Positions 51,792 through 64,000 of a stretch of 64,000 nucleotides of DNA are shown piece by piece. Location: contig NC_092678.1 of the NCBI RefSeq assembly GCF_964355755.1, forward strand, positions 8,138,422 to 8,202,421. The letters are read 5' to 3'. Made by a program: the position numbers and the translations under genes. The stretch comes from Antedon mediterranea. Taxonomy: Eukaryota; Animalia; Echinodermata. Every line of letters begins with the position of its first letter. Position 1 is the first letter of the stretch. The notes under the pieces were generated by a model. The model was not told where the DNA came from. It saw only the letters and a list, made by a program, of their open reading frames with translations, and did not search any database.

Positions 51792-54700
51792 ATGGCAGAA
51801 AGGGATAAAATTGTTCTAAGTTACCACGACAGCCTTCTACGCCAATCTGACCTTTGTCTTCTTCAGCAGGGACATTGGCTAAATGATAATGTTTTAAGCT
51901 TCGTATTTGAGTGAGTGGAACTTTTCTACTTTCCTTTACTACTAAACTAACTCTAGGGGCCTAGGCCTAGGCCTACTATTACTAGCTAGCGGGCCTAGTA
52001 GTAGGCCTAGCTAGCCTAGCCTATATAGTTCATGGGCTGGAGGGGGTTACCGTGCACCCCCCACATAGTTAAACTTCTTTGGTATCGTTTTCTTCCCACG
52101 GACATATATATATGCGGTGTCTGATCATTTCGGCCGCCAGTCATTTCGGCCGCCGGTTATGGAACGCCCAAAATCATGAAACGCCAAAAAAGACAAAATA
52201 TGTATTCATTTCCTATCGCCTGAATAGACGATTTATGACTTATGGAGGGATTAGTTTAGTAGTTTTAACTAAAGTATTTCTACACGACTTACTTTATTTC
52301 ATAGTGGTTGTTTTTTTTGGGGGGGGGGGGGAGGGGGGCGGAGGGGTTGTAGGGCCCAGGAAGAAGCCGGCGAATAATAGTAAAATATTGATAGCGCAGC
52401 TCCATGTAAACAAAATGTATGAACTATTAGTCCAGTAAAATATCACCTTCACCATTGCATAACGTTAGTAGTCAACGAGATTCTCACCGTAGGTTCTAAA
52501 CATTATGTAAAGATCATTTATTGATGTTGCGTCGCGTAAAAGTTGGGATTTGTAGAGAAAATGAAGTTTTTATACGCAGTTTTTGCTTCCTTTCGTCGTG
52601 GTTTGTTTTCATCGAAAAAATGACGTCATGGGGCATAAGTGAATGACACGCCATTGTCGACATTTGCGTTCGTATTAAAAAGTGAATTTTAAATGTACGA
52701 ATATGGTATTAATTATCTGTATTACATTGTATTATTATGTATCACATATATAACAAGTCATTTTGATAAAAAATAAGTCAAATAAATATGAAAAACAAAG
52801 GAAAATTGTGATTTTTGCATGTCATCTGAAGTGACCTTCCATACAATGTGATAGCGCCCTCTATAAGTATTGATACACTCTCACTTCAAACTGCAAGCTT
52901 TTTGTTGTTATATTCATTCATTCAGAAATACAATTTAAGGAAGGAATCGAATCAAGGGCACATTATTACTTGGTTTATTATATATTTATGATGTTTTCCT
53001 CAAAAATAATTACTAGTATGTACATTTTGCGAATTGTAGATGTACCGGCGGTATGAAATTAAAAAAAGCTGTTTACGCGATCTGTAGCCTAACGATATAA
53101 TAATAATTATATGTATAAAATAATTGTTACTTTTTTCTGATAAATCAGTATGAATATGTTTACTTAGCGCTGCTTTAAGCACCCTATTAAAAAAGAAAAG
53201 AAACAAATTGATTTAAGCCTATTTTTTGTCACGTTTTCGGTAATTAATTGTCTTCTTCGCTCTCACTATCTGATTCGTCACTGTTCTCATCATCCGAGTT
53301 AAAGGAGTCGTTCTCAGCAATCGCTCGTTCAATTCTGTTGGAAGAATCTCGCTTTCACACCACAAAGGCCCCAGCAAATCGTTATCGCCAACGCACCATC
53401 CGTTATTGTCTTGGGGTTTCGGCAACTCGTAAAATCGGTGTTAGTGCGAGCCTCCACAGATCCTGACTTGATAGTTCGATCATCGTGCGTTGTATATGTT
53501 GATGCAAGCATCTACGCGACGGTGGAAAGTTAGCTAATTTTTAAATCAATGTTTTTTTAACACTGATTATTCCGGGGTTTTTTTTCTTGCATTTCCTGCG
53601 AAAAAAGTCAAATCTAAGTTCATCGGTAGGCCTACGCCTTGCTTTCGAACGGAATCCATATAATAACAGGCACGTGAACTATTCCAGTTCCTGTCAGAAA
53701 ACATTAACTCTTCTTCTCCTTTCCAACTTTCTCCTACTTTCTTGAAAACCTCTTCAAATTTTGGATATTTTTCGACAAGTTTAATGGCCTTTAATTTTCC
53801 TTTTCCCTTGAAAGCGCTGGTCGTGCTGCACTTTGTGAACGCATGCAGCCCTAGAATGGCATTACATCGACTTGGGGTGATTTCAGTGGTGGCTAAACTG
53901 GTGAGATTGGTTATTCGTCGATTCCTGCCACTGCCTGTATCGAATAGGACTTTTGCAATAATGGACGCGTGACGAAACAAAATGTAACAATATAAAAAAA
54001 AAAAACATCGCTGTCTTATATGGATCCCGATCGAAAGCAAGGAGTACCGATGAACTTAGATTTTACTTTCTTCGCAGGAAATGCAAGGAAAAAGACGGAT
54101 AATCAGTGTTAAAAAACATTGATTTAGCTAACTTTCCACCGTCGCGTAGATACTTGCATCAACATATACGACGCACGATCGAACTATCAAGTCATGATCT
54201 GGAAGCTCGCACTCTAACACCGATTTAAGAGTTGCCGAAACCCTAAGACAATAACGGATGGTGCGTTGGCGATAACGATTTGCTGGGGCCTCTTCCAACA
54301 GAATCGGATGATGAGAACAGTGACGAATCAGATAGTGAGAGCGAAGAAGACGATTAATTACCGAAAACGTGACAAAAAGTAAGCTTAAATCAATTTGTTT
54401 CTTTTTTTTAAATATGGTGCTTAAAGCAGCGCTAAGTAAACATTATTATTCATACTGATTTATCAGAAAAAAGTAACAATTATTTTATACATATAATTAT
54501 TATATCGTTAGGCTACAGACCGCGTAAACAGCTTTTTTTAATTTCATACCGCCGGTACATCTACAATTCGCAAAATGTACATACTAGTAATTATTTTTGG
54601 GGAAAACATCATAAATATATAGTAAACCAAGTAATAATGCCCTTGATTCGATTCCTTCCTTAAATTGTATTTCTGAATGAATGAATTTATAAAACAACAA

Positions 54701-57700
54701 AAAGCTTGCAGTTTGAAGTGCGAGTGTATCAATACTTATAGAGGGCGCTATCACATTGTATGGAAGGTCACTTCAGATGACATGCAAAAATCACAATTTT
54801 CTTTGTTTTTCATATTTATTTGACTTATTTTTTATCAAAATGACTTGTTATATATGCGATACATAATAATACAATGTAATACAGATAATTAATACCATAT
54901 TCGTACATTTAAAATTCACTTTTTAATACGAACGCAAATGTCGACAATGGCGTGTCATTCACTTATGCCCCATGACGTCATTTTTCGATGAAAACAAACC
55001 ACGACGAAAGGAAGCAAAAACTGCGTATAAAAACTTCATTTTCTCCACAAATCCCAACTTTTACGCGACGCAACATCAATAAATGATCTTTACATAATGT
55101 TTAGAACCTACGGTGAGAATCTCGTTGACTACTAACGTTATGCAATGGTGAAGGTGATATTTTACTGGACTATATGATCGTTTTTGTTGATTGCTTGCTG
55201 TTTGAATACGCACGTCTATTCAGGCAATAGGCACATGTATATACACCCTTTTTTGACAATTAAGGCGTTCCATACATTAACAATATTGACGATTCTGGCG
55301 GCCGAAATGAACAATACATATTTTGTCCTTTTTGGTGTTTCATGATTTTGGGCGTTCCAAAACCGGCGGCCGAAATGACTGGCGGCCGATATGCACTGTG
55401 ACCGAGTGAAAAAAATCGATGTTAACAAGAAAAATATAGGGATGCATTGCACTTGCGTCATTTGTAATGATCATCAGTGTTTTATCTTCAAATATTTTTT
55501 GGGGTAGGGGGTAACATTTATCCTAATAACCCAAGAATCCAACATCTAATTAGTATTATCTTAGTAACATTGTGTAGCATACATCTTTTAAAATCTTTTA
55601 AAATTTAAATAAAATTAATCTGAAGATTATTAAGGTCAGTAGAGGTCAAAAGGTCATTGATCTTTTGCAAAATGCAAATTTTTCCCAAAATATAGATAAA
55701 TTTTAATATCGTATCTACAATTTTCAATATTTTTTATCTTAATTGTGTTTTACTTGTGCTTACTGACATATTGAATTAGAAAATATATGTTAACAAGATA
55801 AAAATTGCAGTTCATTATATACAAATTGTTATTTTTTATTCTAAATTATCTTCATCGTGTACTTTTAATATTAATGACCAGTCTCTAATACAATACTAAA
55901 GTAACTAACGCACACATTCGTACTGTATTCTTTTAATTAAGAAAGAACATTTTAAAGTTTTTTTTTTGATGCGACCCTCTCTCTGTTCAGGAATAATGCA
56001 CTTGTCAATTGTATGACCCACTATGCGACCCCCAGGAGAGGTGCGTCATTTGTCCGATGTGCGTCATACCATTGAATACCATGACTCACCCGTGCGTCAA
56101 AAATGTGACTTACCTTTAGGTGACCATGACGCACCCATTTTGACGCACTGTGACCATGTTGTTTATGATATGGTGGGTGGTAAAGTGACGGACATTGACA
56201 CACCTTGTTCATTGATGTGACGTACCATCTAGGTTTTTTGACGCACCCCTGCGTCAGTAATTATTTGAAAATGACGCACCCATGACGCACCTCTCCCGGG
56301 GGTCGTATAGTGGGTCATACAATTGACAAGTGCATAATACTGAATCATGTACTGAAATCTATTTTCGTTTATATGCTTGGCAAAAATTGTGTACTGAATT
56401 TTTAGCAAAGTCGGAGATGATGACCCTAAAGCCGGCCCATTGTTTGTTTTGGCATAGCGCCCTCGGTACTGTATCCGTAGACACAATGTTTTTTCATGCT
56501 GCTGCTCTAGCCAGCTACGTCTCATGAGGACTACTCATTCAGAAGCTAAAGCAAGCAGCAGTTATACTGTAGTATCTAAGACCGACAGTTTTTCGACTTT
56601 GTAAACTCGACTATAATTTATAGATCCCAGCTGCTGGACCCAAAAAACGTCTGGGAAAAGAGAGTCTATAAAGGCTCATGGTTGAACGATTTTTGATTCT
56701 CTTTGATTGGTTGATGCAAGAAGAATTTCTCACTTGTACTGACTGCCATGAAGTCACGTTGTCTCTGTATGTATTTTTGCGATTAAAGGACATCTTTTTA
56801 ATAATTAATCATAAATATCTAAAGAAAGAACATCGAGCAGCGTTTACCGTATATATTTCTTGTTTAAATAGTAAAATAATTATTAACTTACCACTTTTAT
56901 ATCTAAATACTGTACATTTGTTTTTAAATTTATAGATATTTTGAACATGAACAGTTTTGCAGTTTCATGGAGAAAGTGGCGTTCATAAGTCCTCAAGTCA
57001 CACAGTTTATAAAGTTTGCTAGTGGTCAGTTTTGTTTTTAATTAGTCCCTGTGTCATTTAAAAGCGCGACCAGTTTTAAATAAATTGTAAAAAATATAAA
57101 TGTTGAATTTTGTTAAATTATTTCTTTTGCCTATCGGGATATTGAAGTGTTTCTTCAAAATAACAGACTAAACATTTTGGCAATATCGTAAATCTCACGA
57201 TTGTTCTGAAATCATATGTATGTCCCTAATACGTTTTTAAAATATGGTACTTGATCTCAGTAAAGTTGTCCTTTAAGGAAACAGTGTTGGGTTTTGAGTG
57301 TCCCTTAAAGGGGGATTCTGGGTTTAAAATTGCTTTTAAATATCGTTTATTTATTAAATAAAAAATATTATAACAATATAGACATGTCAGAATGAAGAAG
57401 TAATAACGAGAAATTAAAAAAATTAAATTTCATATACATTTTAGGGTAAATTCATGGAAAGTCTGTTTTTCAGCAGCTTAGGGAAGTCATTAATATTCAT
57501 GAGATATTCACAAAATCACGTCATCAGGGTGGATTCCAAACTCGCGACGTCATGTACATTGTGTTTGTCAACTAAATTACATCTCTCTCCCCTGTCAAAC
57601 GACGACCACCCGATCATTGTGAAATACATTTTTTGTAGATTTTCTAAGTTAGGCCTATCTAAAGTGTAATAATAACAGTAGTAGCATATATTTATTTGAC

Positions 57701-60700
57701 ATTTAATGAAATACAAAATTTAGTACAGATTACGGAGTCATAAATTATACTATTTTTATACCTCGAATAGTACAGATCGTATTATCGGCTTAACGTACTA
57801 GGCTAGGCCTAGCCTAGATCATTTTTTTTTTCATGGGTGAGAGTCATTCTGACTAGGGATTCCATGCCACGATGGCTACGTTAAAACATTGGGGCCCATG
57901 GCATAATATCATGGGCCTCTAGCCTACTACTAAACGATTGGCCCATAAATAACAAAACTCAGTGGATTCCAAACCCATCCTATCAACCAAACTCCTAACA
58001 ATCTAAACCTAAAACGTTCTAAAAAATCGGCTGTAAATATGGAGGCAAAACAAGGTCCGACGATCGCCGTCCGCACGTATGGTGTCCCGATCGTCTAAAA
58101 GGCCTAACAATAACATAGCTAGGCCTAGTTTACTCTCCAAAAAAGCGGACTGCATCAAGCAAGTAGACCAGGTAGTAGGAAGGAGACCTAGCCGATCCGG
58201 CCCAGTTAAAAATTGAGCTAGCTAGTGTAGTAGACCCTATGCGAATTGATACTACCAGGCCTTTTACTATAGGCTACACTTGTTAAAATTAGCAATACTT
58301 ATGTTTACAAATATTCCAACTCTCTCATTCGAGCTATATTATCTATACCATTCCGATAGGTCGAGTCGACCTTCAATTAAATACTGTACATCGTTCATGT
58401 TGTAATTATAGACGGGGTATACTCGACCCGACCAGTTTGGTATTGTAAACTGTATCTGCTTATCACGTGACGATGCCAGGCATGGGCAGGTTGAGCACGT
58501 GTATCGTCGTCTCGCTCTCCTCGCTCAGCTCTAGCAGGAATGTATACGCTACGCTTCATTGATTTTGAAGGCTTTCCCTAAGTCAGTGCGAAAATCGCCA
58601 AACGTAAAGTGCAAACATATCTAATTTTTCACAGTTTTGATGAATTTTCATAGAAAATTGACTTTATAAATGGGAAGACCGACTAAAATTACCTCAGATA
58701 AGTATAATTTTACAAAAGTAATTGATATGGTTAATGATAACGAGTCGTCGGAAGATTGACCATTTCACGAATTTCCTATTCTGTAACCACAGTGTGATTT
58801 TGCCGTAGCTGCACTTGTAATCTGGCCTCATTTCACAGCCTTCGTTCTGCTTCACTGGGCGCTTATATAAATTGAAACTTTTACCGTTAAAGAGACAAAC
58901 AAATATATTTTACATTTTTTACTATTCATTTTAAACCCGGAACCCCCCTTTAATACCCGCAAATTGTATGTAAAAGTGTACAGTACAATTACCCTCCATA
59001 GAACATCATTTCATCAAACGCAACATGCATTTAATACTGTTATATACACAATTTTGTATATTGTATTACAGTACAACACATTTTATTTGTAGTAGAATTC
59101 ATTAATTGCCATGACCATGGAGTAAAGAATAAGAGGAGACACAACTTGAATAGTTCAGTCAGTTCATCGTGTTTACCGCTTGCTTAAGGCTATGCTTGTA
59201 ATGAGTATTTAAGGAGGTGCTAAACACTGCCGTTACGTAACCCAATTAGCAAAGAGTACAATGTTTACTGCCCGCGGTCAATTTTGGTGTTAGTACTGTA
59301 CACATGCGTATTAGGACGTCACAATACTCTTGCTAGGCGATGTGCGTTCAAGCGTGAAAGGTGTACTATATACTGTTTGTAGACCTATTGAACTTGTATT
59401 CCGACCTTGTTTATTAATTTTTATTAAAAAGCAGCGATATATATATTCTACTGGATATCTTTTATTAATAAATTAATAATACACGAGTTTTATACGGCAC
59501 CAATAAAGGAATTATATTTATATGGTTTACTGTGTACTAAATGTTGGTAATTTCTCCAGACAACTTATCATGAATCATGATGAATAAATGGGTTTAATAA
59601 GGACCACCAGTGGTGGTGCCAGCGGGGAGTTACGGGGCTGTATCCCCTCGTCGTCTTCCCCCCTCTTCCCCGTCTGGGAAACGCGAGTACTTTTCGTCGA
59701 GGAATATAATATACAGTAAAAATCATTCGCGTTCACTTCGTATAACTTCAGCGCCTAGAAAAACCGCGACGTTCCATTTTTTTTAGTACTGTACGTTGCT
59801 TGGTGGAGCGGAGAGCTATTGCACTTTGCATGCATTATTGCCAGCGATCTAATAAACAATGAATAGGTACGCACTTGTCTGGCGGTTCCCCTTTGTACGA
59901 ATTGTTTAACATTGGACCTGCTCCATTGCGGTTTACGTGTGATATCATGTTCCATCCAGGGACCAGAATGTGTACTGTACTAGTTACTTTCCAGGCGAAG
60001 TTTACAGCCGCATCAGTCGTGATCAACGTACGCAATACAGCAAAAGGGTACGAATAATGTTGGCGATCTATTGTTCGTATGTCCGATTTCTTAATTTTAC
60101 GATTAACTGCTGTGTACCGAACTGTACATAATCCTTTTAAACAATGGCTTATAATTACAAAAGAGCATAGACTATATTTGTAATTGAATTTTTAACCAAC
60201 ACATATCATTTGTAGTTGTTGTTACGGGTTGATACTAAACGAATATTCTCGTAGTACCGTACCATTTTATACCATATTATATAATATTATAATAACGACC
60301 AACCGAAAACTAAAACTAATTGATTAATTTCTTCTTTAATAAAATATTACTACTATTTGTTTTCTAACGTTATTACAATTATTAATATATTAATATAGAC
60401 CTACATAAAAAAAACCTATTATTATTATTGATATTGTTTATTGTTACTATAGGCGCGCCTATGCCTGAACCTATTAGGCCTACCGGTTACGGTATGCACT
60501 AAATATGTCCATCATTATGGGATTAAATATTATCCTTATTTAGGCTATTTATTAAATAATAATATATTACGAACTACTAGGCCTATGTGTAGCCACAAAT
60601 CGTTAAACGATATATAATTTAAGTCCTACAATTTCACTGAACTCTAAGTATGTGATCGTAAAAATCATATATTTTATGATATTAATATCATAAATAATTT

Positions 60701-63700
60701 AATTATACAATTTTAGACTAAAATAGAAGAATGTTAGTTTTGCTAAACAGTCATAATATAGACTGAAACATAAATTAAATGTCATATACAGTAATAAAAA
60801 TAAGAAATTGTGTCGTTGGAATTCTACTATACGTATATTTTTGAATATTCATGAGAACAAATTATATAATTTTTTTCATGCGCGCATTTGCGCGCACTAA
60901 AATGTGATTTTAAAATAAGTTGGAGTCTTTAATATGCTACAAAATGCACTAGGGTTCGTAAATTAAAAAGTTGCTTAAACGGTAAAATTTCGATTTACCA
61001 AATGATACGTCTATGGCTTGATAAAAAATATGATTAATTTGTTAGCTGGTATAAAAACTGCGATATCTCCGTGAAAATTTACTCGATTTTTAAACGGTTT
61101 TTTCGAGAAAAAAGCTCAAAGAACAATGAACAACTGCACAAAGGTCATGCTTCACTATGATGTATTAGAAACTACTGCGCAGCCTCTGTTTACTTTTTTT
61201 GTCATCGATGTCATGCCTGGCTTCTTCCTTAATTAGGGTGTTACGTAATCAGAGCCAACTCTGCAGCGAGCTGCACGGGTAAACAGGATGTTCTTCAAAG
61301 GATCGTTATGGGAAGTTTATTACCCTATGCTTAAGCACTACCGCACAGCGTGATACTAATTGGATTAACTGGATAGCTAGGCCGTGTTGTGCCTCCTCTT
61401 ATTCTTTACTCCATGCCATGACCTACAATTTACTGAACATTTTGATACAATTTTTGATATTGTGTTGTACTTGTTAAATATTTTTGGGGCATTCATTTGA
61501 TTATGTGACAAGGTATTTTTTTCAATAACAACGGACCGTAAATGAATTTGAACAAAAATCTATGACTAAATACTGTGATGATTTATTTATTTTGTAGTTG
61601 ATGACCTTGAAGTATTTCTAACGCCTTTAGACTTAAAATCCAAAGATTTTGTATTGTGTTTCATCAATAATAACCAAATAAGAACAGAGGCTGGTGGAAG
61701 TCATTGGTAAGTTAATATTAAAGTTTTGTTCCTACTAGGACGCAAAGTAAGCATGCATCAAGTAGTTTGACCAATCAAAACATGATGGGTCATCTGAACT
61801 GCCGCCTGTGATCCTTGCGTTTATGTTTCAGTATGTACCTGTCAGGGCATACTGTTGGTATAATCATTTCTGGAACAGTATTACAAAAATTTTACCTAAC
61901 GGAAGACTAGTTCACACTTACATAGACATACAAAGTGACTCACAAAGCTTGAAAAAGTTTCCCATGGAGCAACTTTAGCAAATTCACATTTAATGTGTTT
62001 GTTGGTTGGCTGCTTTGTAAAATGTAATGCTCAGTGTGCCTTTACAGGGATGTCACCAGCTTTTTGGAGTGCTGGTCGGAAAATTTCCCGGGGGGGGGGG
62101 GGGGGGGGGGGGTATCCCCCCCCCGGGGGGTTTGTCGTTATTTTAGCGAAACATAAAGAATTATGAAAATAAATAACAACAAATTGCGTCAGGTCTAGGC
62201 CTAACCTTGCACCACCGGGGAGTCGCCGTTATTATTCGCGAAAACAAAAAAACGCTTACGAAATGAATAGCAATAGATCGCGTCAGGCTTAGGCCTAGCC
62301 TTGTAGACACTACGACCACTAGGCCTAGCCAAGGCTTAGATAGATGCCCCAAAATCTGAATTCCACAAAAACAGGCGCTTCCTTATTTAGGCCTAATCCC
62401 TAATCAAATACTGTAGATAAATTATTAGCCTAGACCTTACTACTTGTTGCTCGATATAATGTTGTGTTCTTTTGCGCGAGAGTTTTTTAGCGTATTCGCG
62501 AATTCCGGATTTTTTGTTTCACAACTGTGCGGCAAGCATGTAGTGCATGGCCGGCAAGAACAGACACGTGTTTATGGGTTAACTGAAGTTCAGCAACCTG
62601 AAGTTGTCCCAGGGACGTGTAATTATTGTACCATGCTCGGCGATCATAAACGAACGAACTTGCCCGGTCTCACTGAACCATGCGCATGTTTTTTTATTTT
62701 TTTTAATAGTTCGTAGAGTACAAAAATGTAAAACTAGTAACATAATATAATTAAAGCAGGGTGACAAAACATTCAGCAATTAAAAATGATTTTGTTTGGG
62801 TCTATGTAGTTGTACATTTTTAATTACTGCGTACTTGTTTGTATTTTTAATCTGTGCAAAATAAAACGCTTGAATGGTCGCTATGTGAACTTTAAACTTG
62901 TAGTTGTACACTGTGCTGTGTAGCACGTTGTTCGCCATGACTCACAAGCTGTAACAATGAATACCAGGGCAGGGTAGGCCTGGTATTGTGTTACAAATAA
63001 AGTAACGTACGTAACCACGGAAACATTTGCTGTAGTCTTTTGTCTTATCTATATGAGGCTAGCTTGTCTGTTATTAACGATGTGCTAGGTAAAATGTTTT
63101 AGTACGAATTTTAGTTAGGCCTAAGGCCTAATATAAATATCGTAAATGATTAAAATAGTGGTGGTCGGCAGCCTGTAAATCCTGGTCGGAAATGTTGAGT
63201 GCTGGTCGGGGCCGACCAGCGCCGACCAGCGTGGTGACATCCCTGCCTTTAGAAATCTTTATCTATTGTAACCTCAATCTTCTAATCTTAGTCAAATTAT
63301 TGAGCGGCTTATTTTCGAATGTTCTTTACAAGATGTTATACAGTAATTGACACATTTTAGAATCTTGCATTCAGTAGGCCTTCAATTTCTCATCCAACTG
63401 ACAAGATAGTAAAATTTCATTGAATTATTGTTACTATTTTTGTAGGAGCGTAATGCTCTTTCACCGTGAACTTCAACAATTCTTACATTATGATTCAATG
63501 TGCAACATGAATGCAGGCGTCGCCAAACAAGTTTCTACAAAACTTCTTCCATATATTGGAGGTAAGTGATTATTTTCCTTCACTATTGTTGTAATGAGTA
63601 AGTGGCCAAAAAGTTAATTAAGACAGTGGAACCGTAATATGTAGAGCGGCAAACGTAGGCCCAGTGTAGACATCTAGCTCGTGTGCACTAATGTATCTTT

Positions 63701-63866
63701 GTAGAGGAGTAGGGCTTGCACACTCAGCAACTGTCACAAACAGCCACGGTACTCATCAAGTGGTATCCGAGTATAATAAATAATAAATTGTGCCATTTAA
63801 AATATCTTTTTTTAGTTGAAGAACAAACAGCATTTGTAAATGAAGAGTGCCCTCAACAACAAAACA
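51792..63866 (+). CDS. SENP8: NEDD8-specific protease (DEN1/NEDP1), first 5 exons; the gene continues beyond the window
   Basis: Exons 51792-51910 (MAERDKIVLSYHDSLLRQSD..WLNDNVLSFVFE), 56936-57024 (YFEHEQF..ISPQVTQFIK), 61598-61706 (..INNN..AGGSHW), 63446-63561 (SVMLF..FLHYDS), 63816-63866 (CPQQQN); phases are consistent. Confidence 0.9.
52428..55172. mobile_element. Palindromic non-autonomous Academ element
   Basis: TAG...CTA termini; 3-bp TSD TAT; ~1.2-kb arms (52428-53650 and 54030-55172); contains a transposase remnant. Confidence 0.85.
53245..53975 (-). pseudogene. Academ transposase C-terminal fragment (XPG-like region), frameshifted
   Basis: AILGLHAFTKCSTTSAFKGKGK (compare the consensus HAxTGCDTTSAFxGKGK), then PPSRRCLHQH..YQV..NNGW..LGPLW and an acidic tail. 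Confidence 0.8.
55994..56337. mobile_element. MITE-like element with ~55-bp inverted ends and internal TGACGCAC repeats
   Basis: TAATGCACTTGTCAATTGTATGACCCACTA / TAGTGGGTCATACAATTGACAAGTGCATAA; family uncertain. Confidence 0.65.
57309..58949. mobile_element. Kolobok-like non-autonomous element
   Basis: TIR AGGGGGATTCTGGGTTTAAAAT versus AGGGGGGTTCCGGGTTTAAAAT; TTAA on both sides. Confidence 0.7.
59116..61415. mobile_element. P-superfamily-like non-autonomous element
   Basis: TIR CATGGAGTAAAGAATAAGAGGAG(A/G)CACAAC; 7-bp TSD CCATGAC at 59109-59115 and 61416-61422. Confidence 0.75.
59608..60120 (-). mobile_element. Diverged fragment of element A nested in the P-like element
   Basis: Starts CAGTGGTGGTGCC; shares GGTACGCACTTGTCTGGCGG and TTCCAGGCGAAGTTTAC with the other copies. 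Confidence 0.7.
62045..63245. mobile_element. hAT-like non-autonomous element with a 6-bp TSD
   Basis: TIR CAGGGATGTCACCA; GCTGGTCGG subterminal repeats; CCTTTA at 62039-62044 and 63246-63251. Confidence 0.75.
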
Positions 63867-64000
63867 GTAAGTTCCAAAACTAATAATAAAATGTTTCATG
63901 ATTTTAATATTAAACTACAATTTTCATGGACAAAAGAACACTATTTGCATAAGCAGTGAGATCAAACTATTATCCAACGAGCGTTCCTATGCTAAGCCAC

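Larger units (their letters stand above)
52115..55404. mobile_element. MULE-like TIR element hosting the Academ insertion
   Basis: ~95-bp inverted ends with repeated CATTTCGGCCGCC (52115-52210 and 55310-55404); no TSD recognised. Confidence 0.55.

Noticed and set aside
56787-57272. Possible Kolobok MITE (TTAA-AGGACA...TGTCCT-TTAA)
   Set aside because: The inverted match is only 6 bp and the interval contains SENP8 exon 2.
58670-58870. Possible piggyBac-like Cys-rich remnant or short ORF
   Set aside because: Too degenerate; the key cysteines are missing.
62089-62150. G-quadruplex-like poly-G run
   Set aside because: It is a homopolymer within the subterminal region of a transposon, a common feature of these elements.

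Overview
AT-rich, intron-containing invertebrate animal DNA (echinoderm-like by impression; the taxon cannot be proven from sequence alone). I reconstructed four host genes by hand with phase-consistent GT-AG exons. (1) An 8-exon properdin-like secreted protein on + (23910-28784): TB/TSR0 domain, 5 TSP1 repeats and a Ser/acidic tail. (2) Tail-to-tail with it, a 15-exon homolog of horseshoe-crab LPS-sensing Factor C on - (37876-29721): Cys-rich domain containing CTYFYRWRPYCK, EGF, 6 CCPs and an intact serine protease. (3) SLC25A20 on -, head-to-head with (4) SENP8 on +, which runs off the window end. The Factor C/properdin pair is the best candidate for an undescribed system: a compact, possibly LPS-triggered complement-activation locus. 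Most of the rest is transposon-derived. It includes a decayed Ty3/Gypsy element, a 12.5-kb nest of two foldback/MULE-like elements with 10-bp TSDs and mirror-image ~100-bp satellite arrays, an Academ palindrome, and hAT-, P-, Kolobok- and Harbinger-like non-autonomous elements. There is also a minimal hammerhead ribozyme and a recurrent TA->TAGGCCTA micro-insertion signature. All family assignments come from motif recognition, not database searches.
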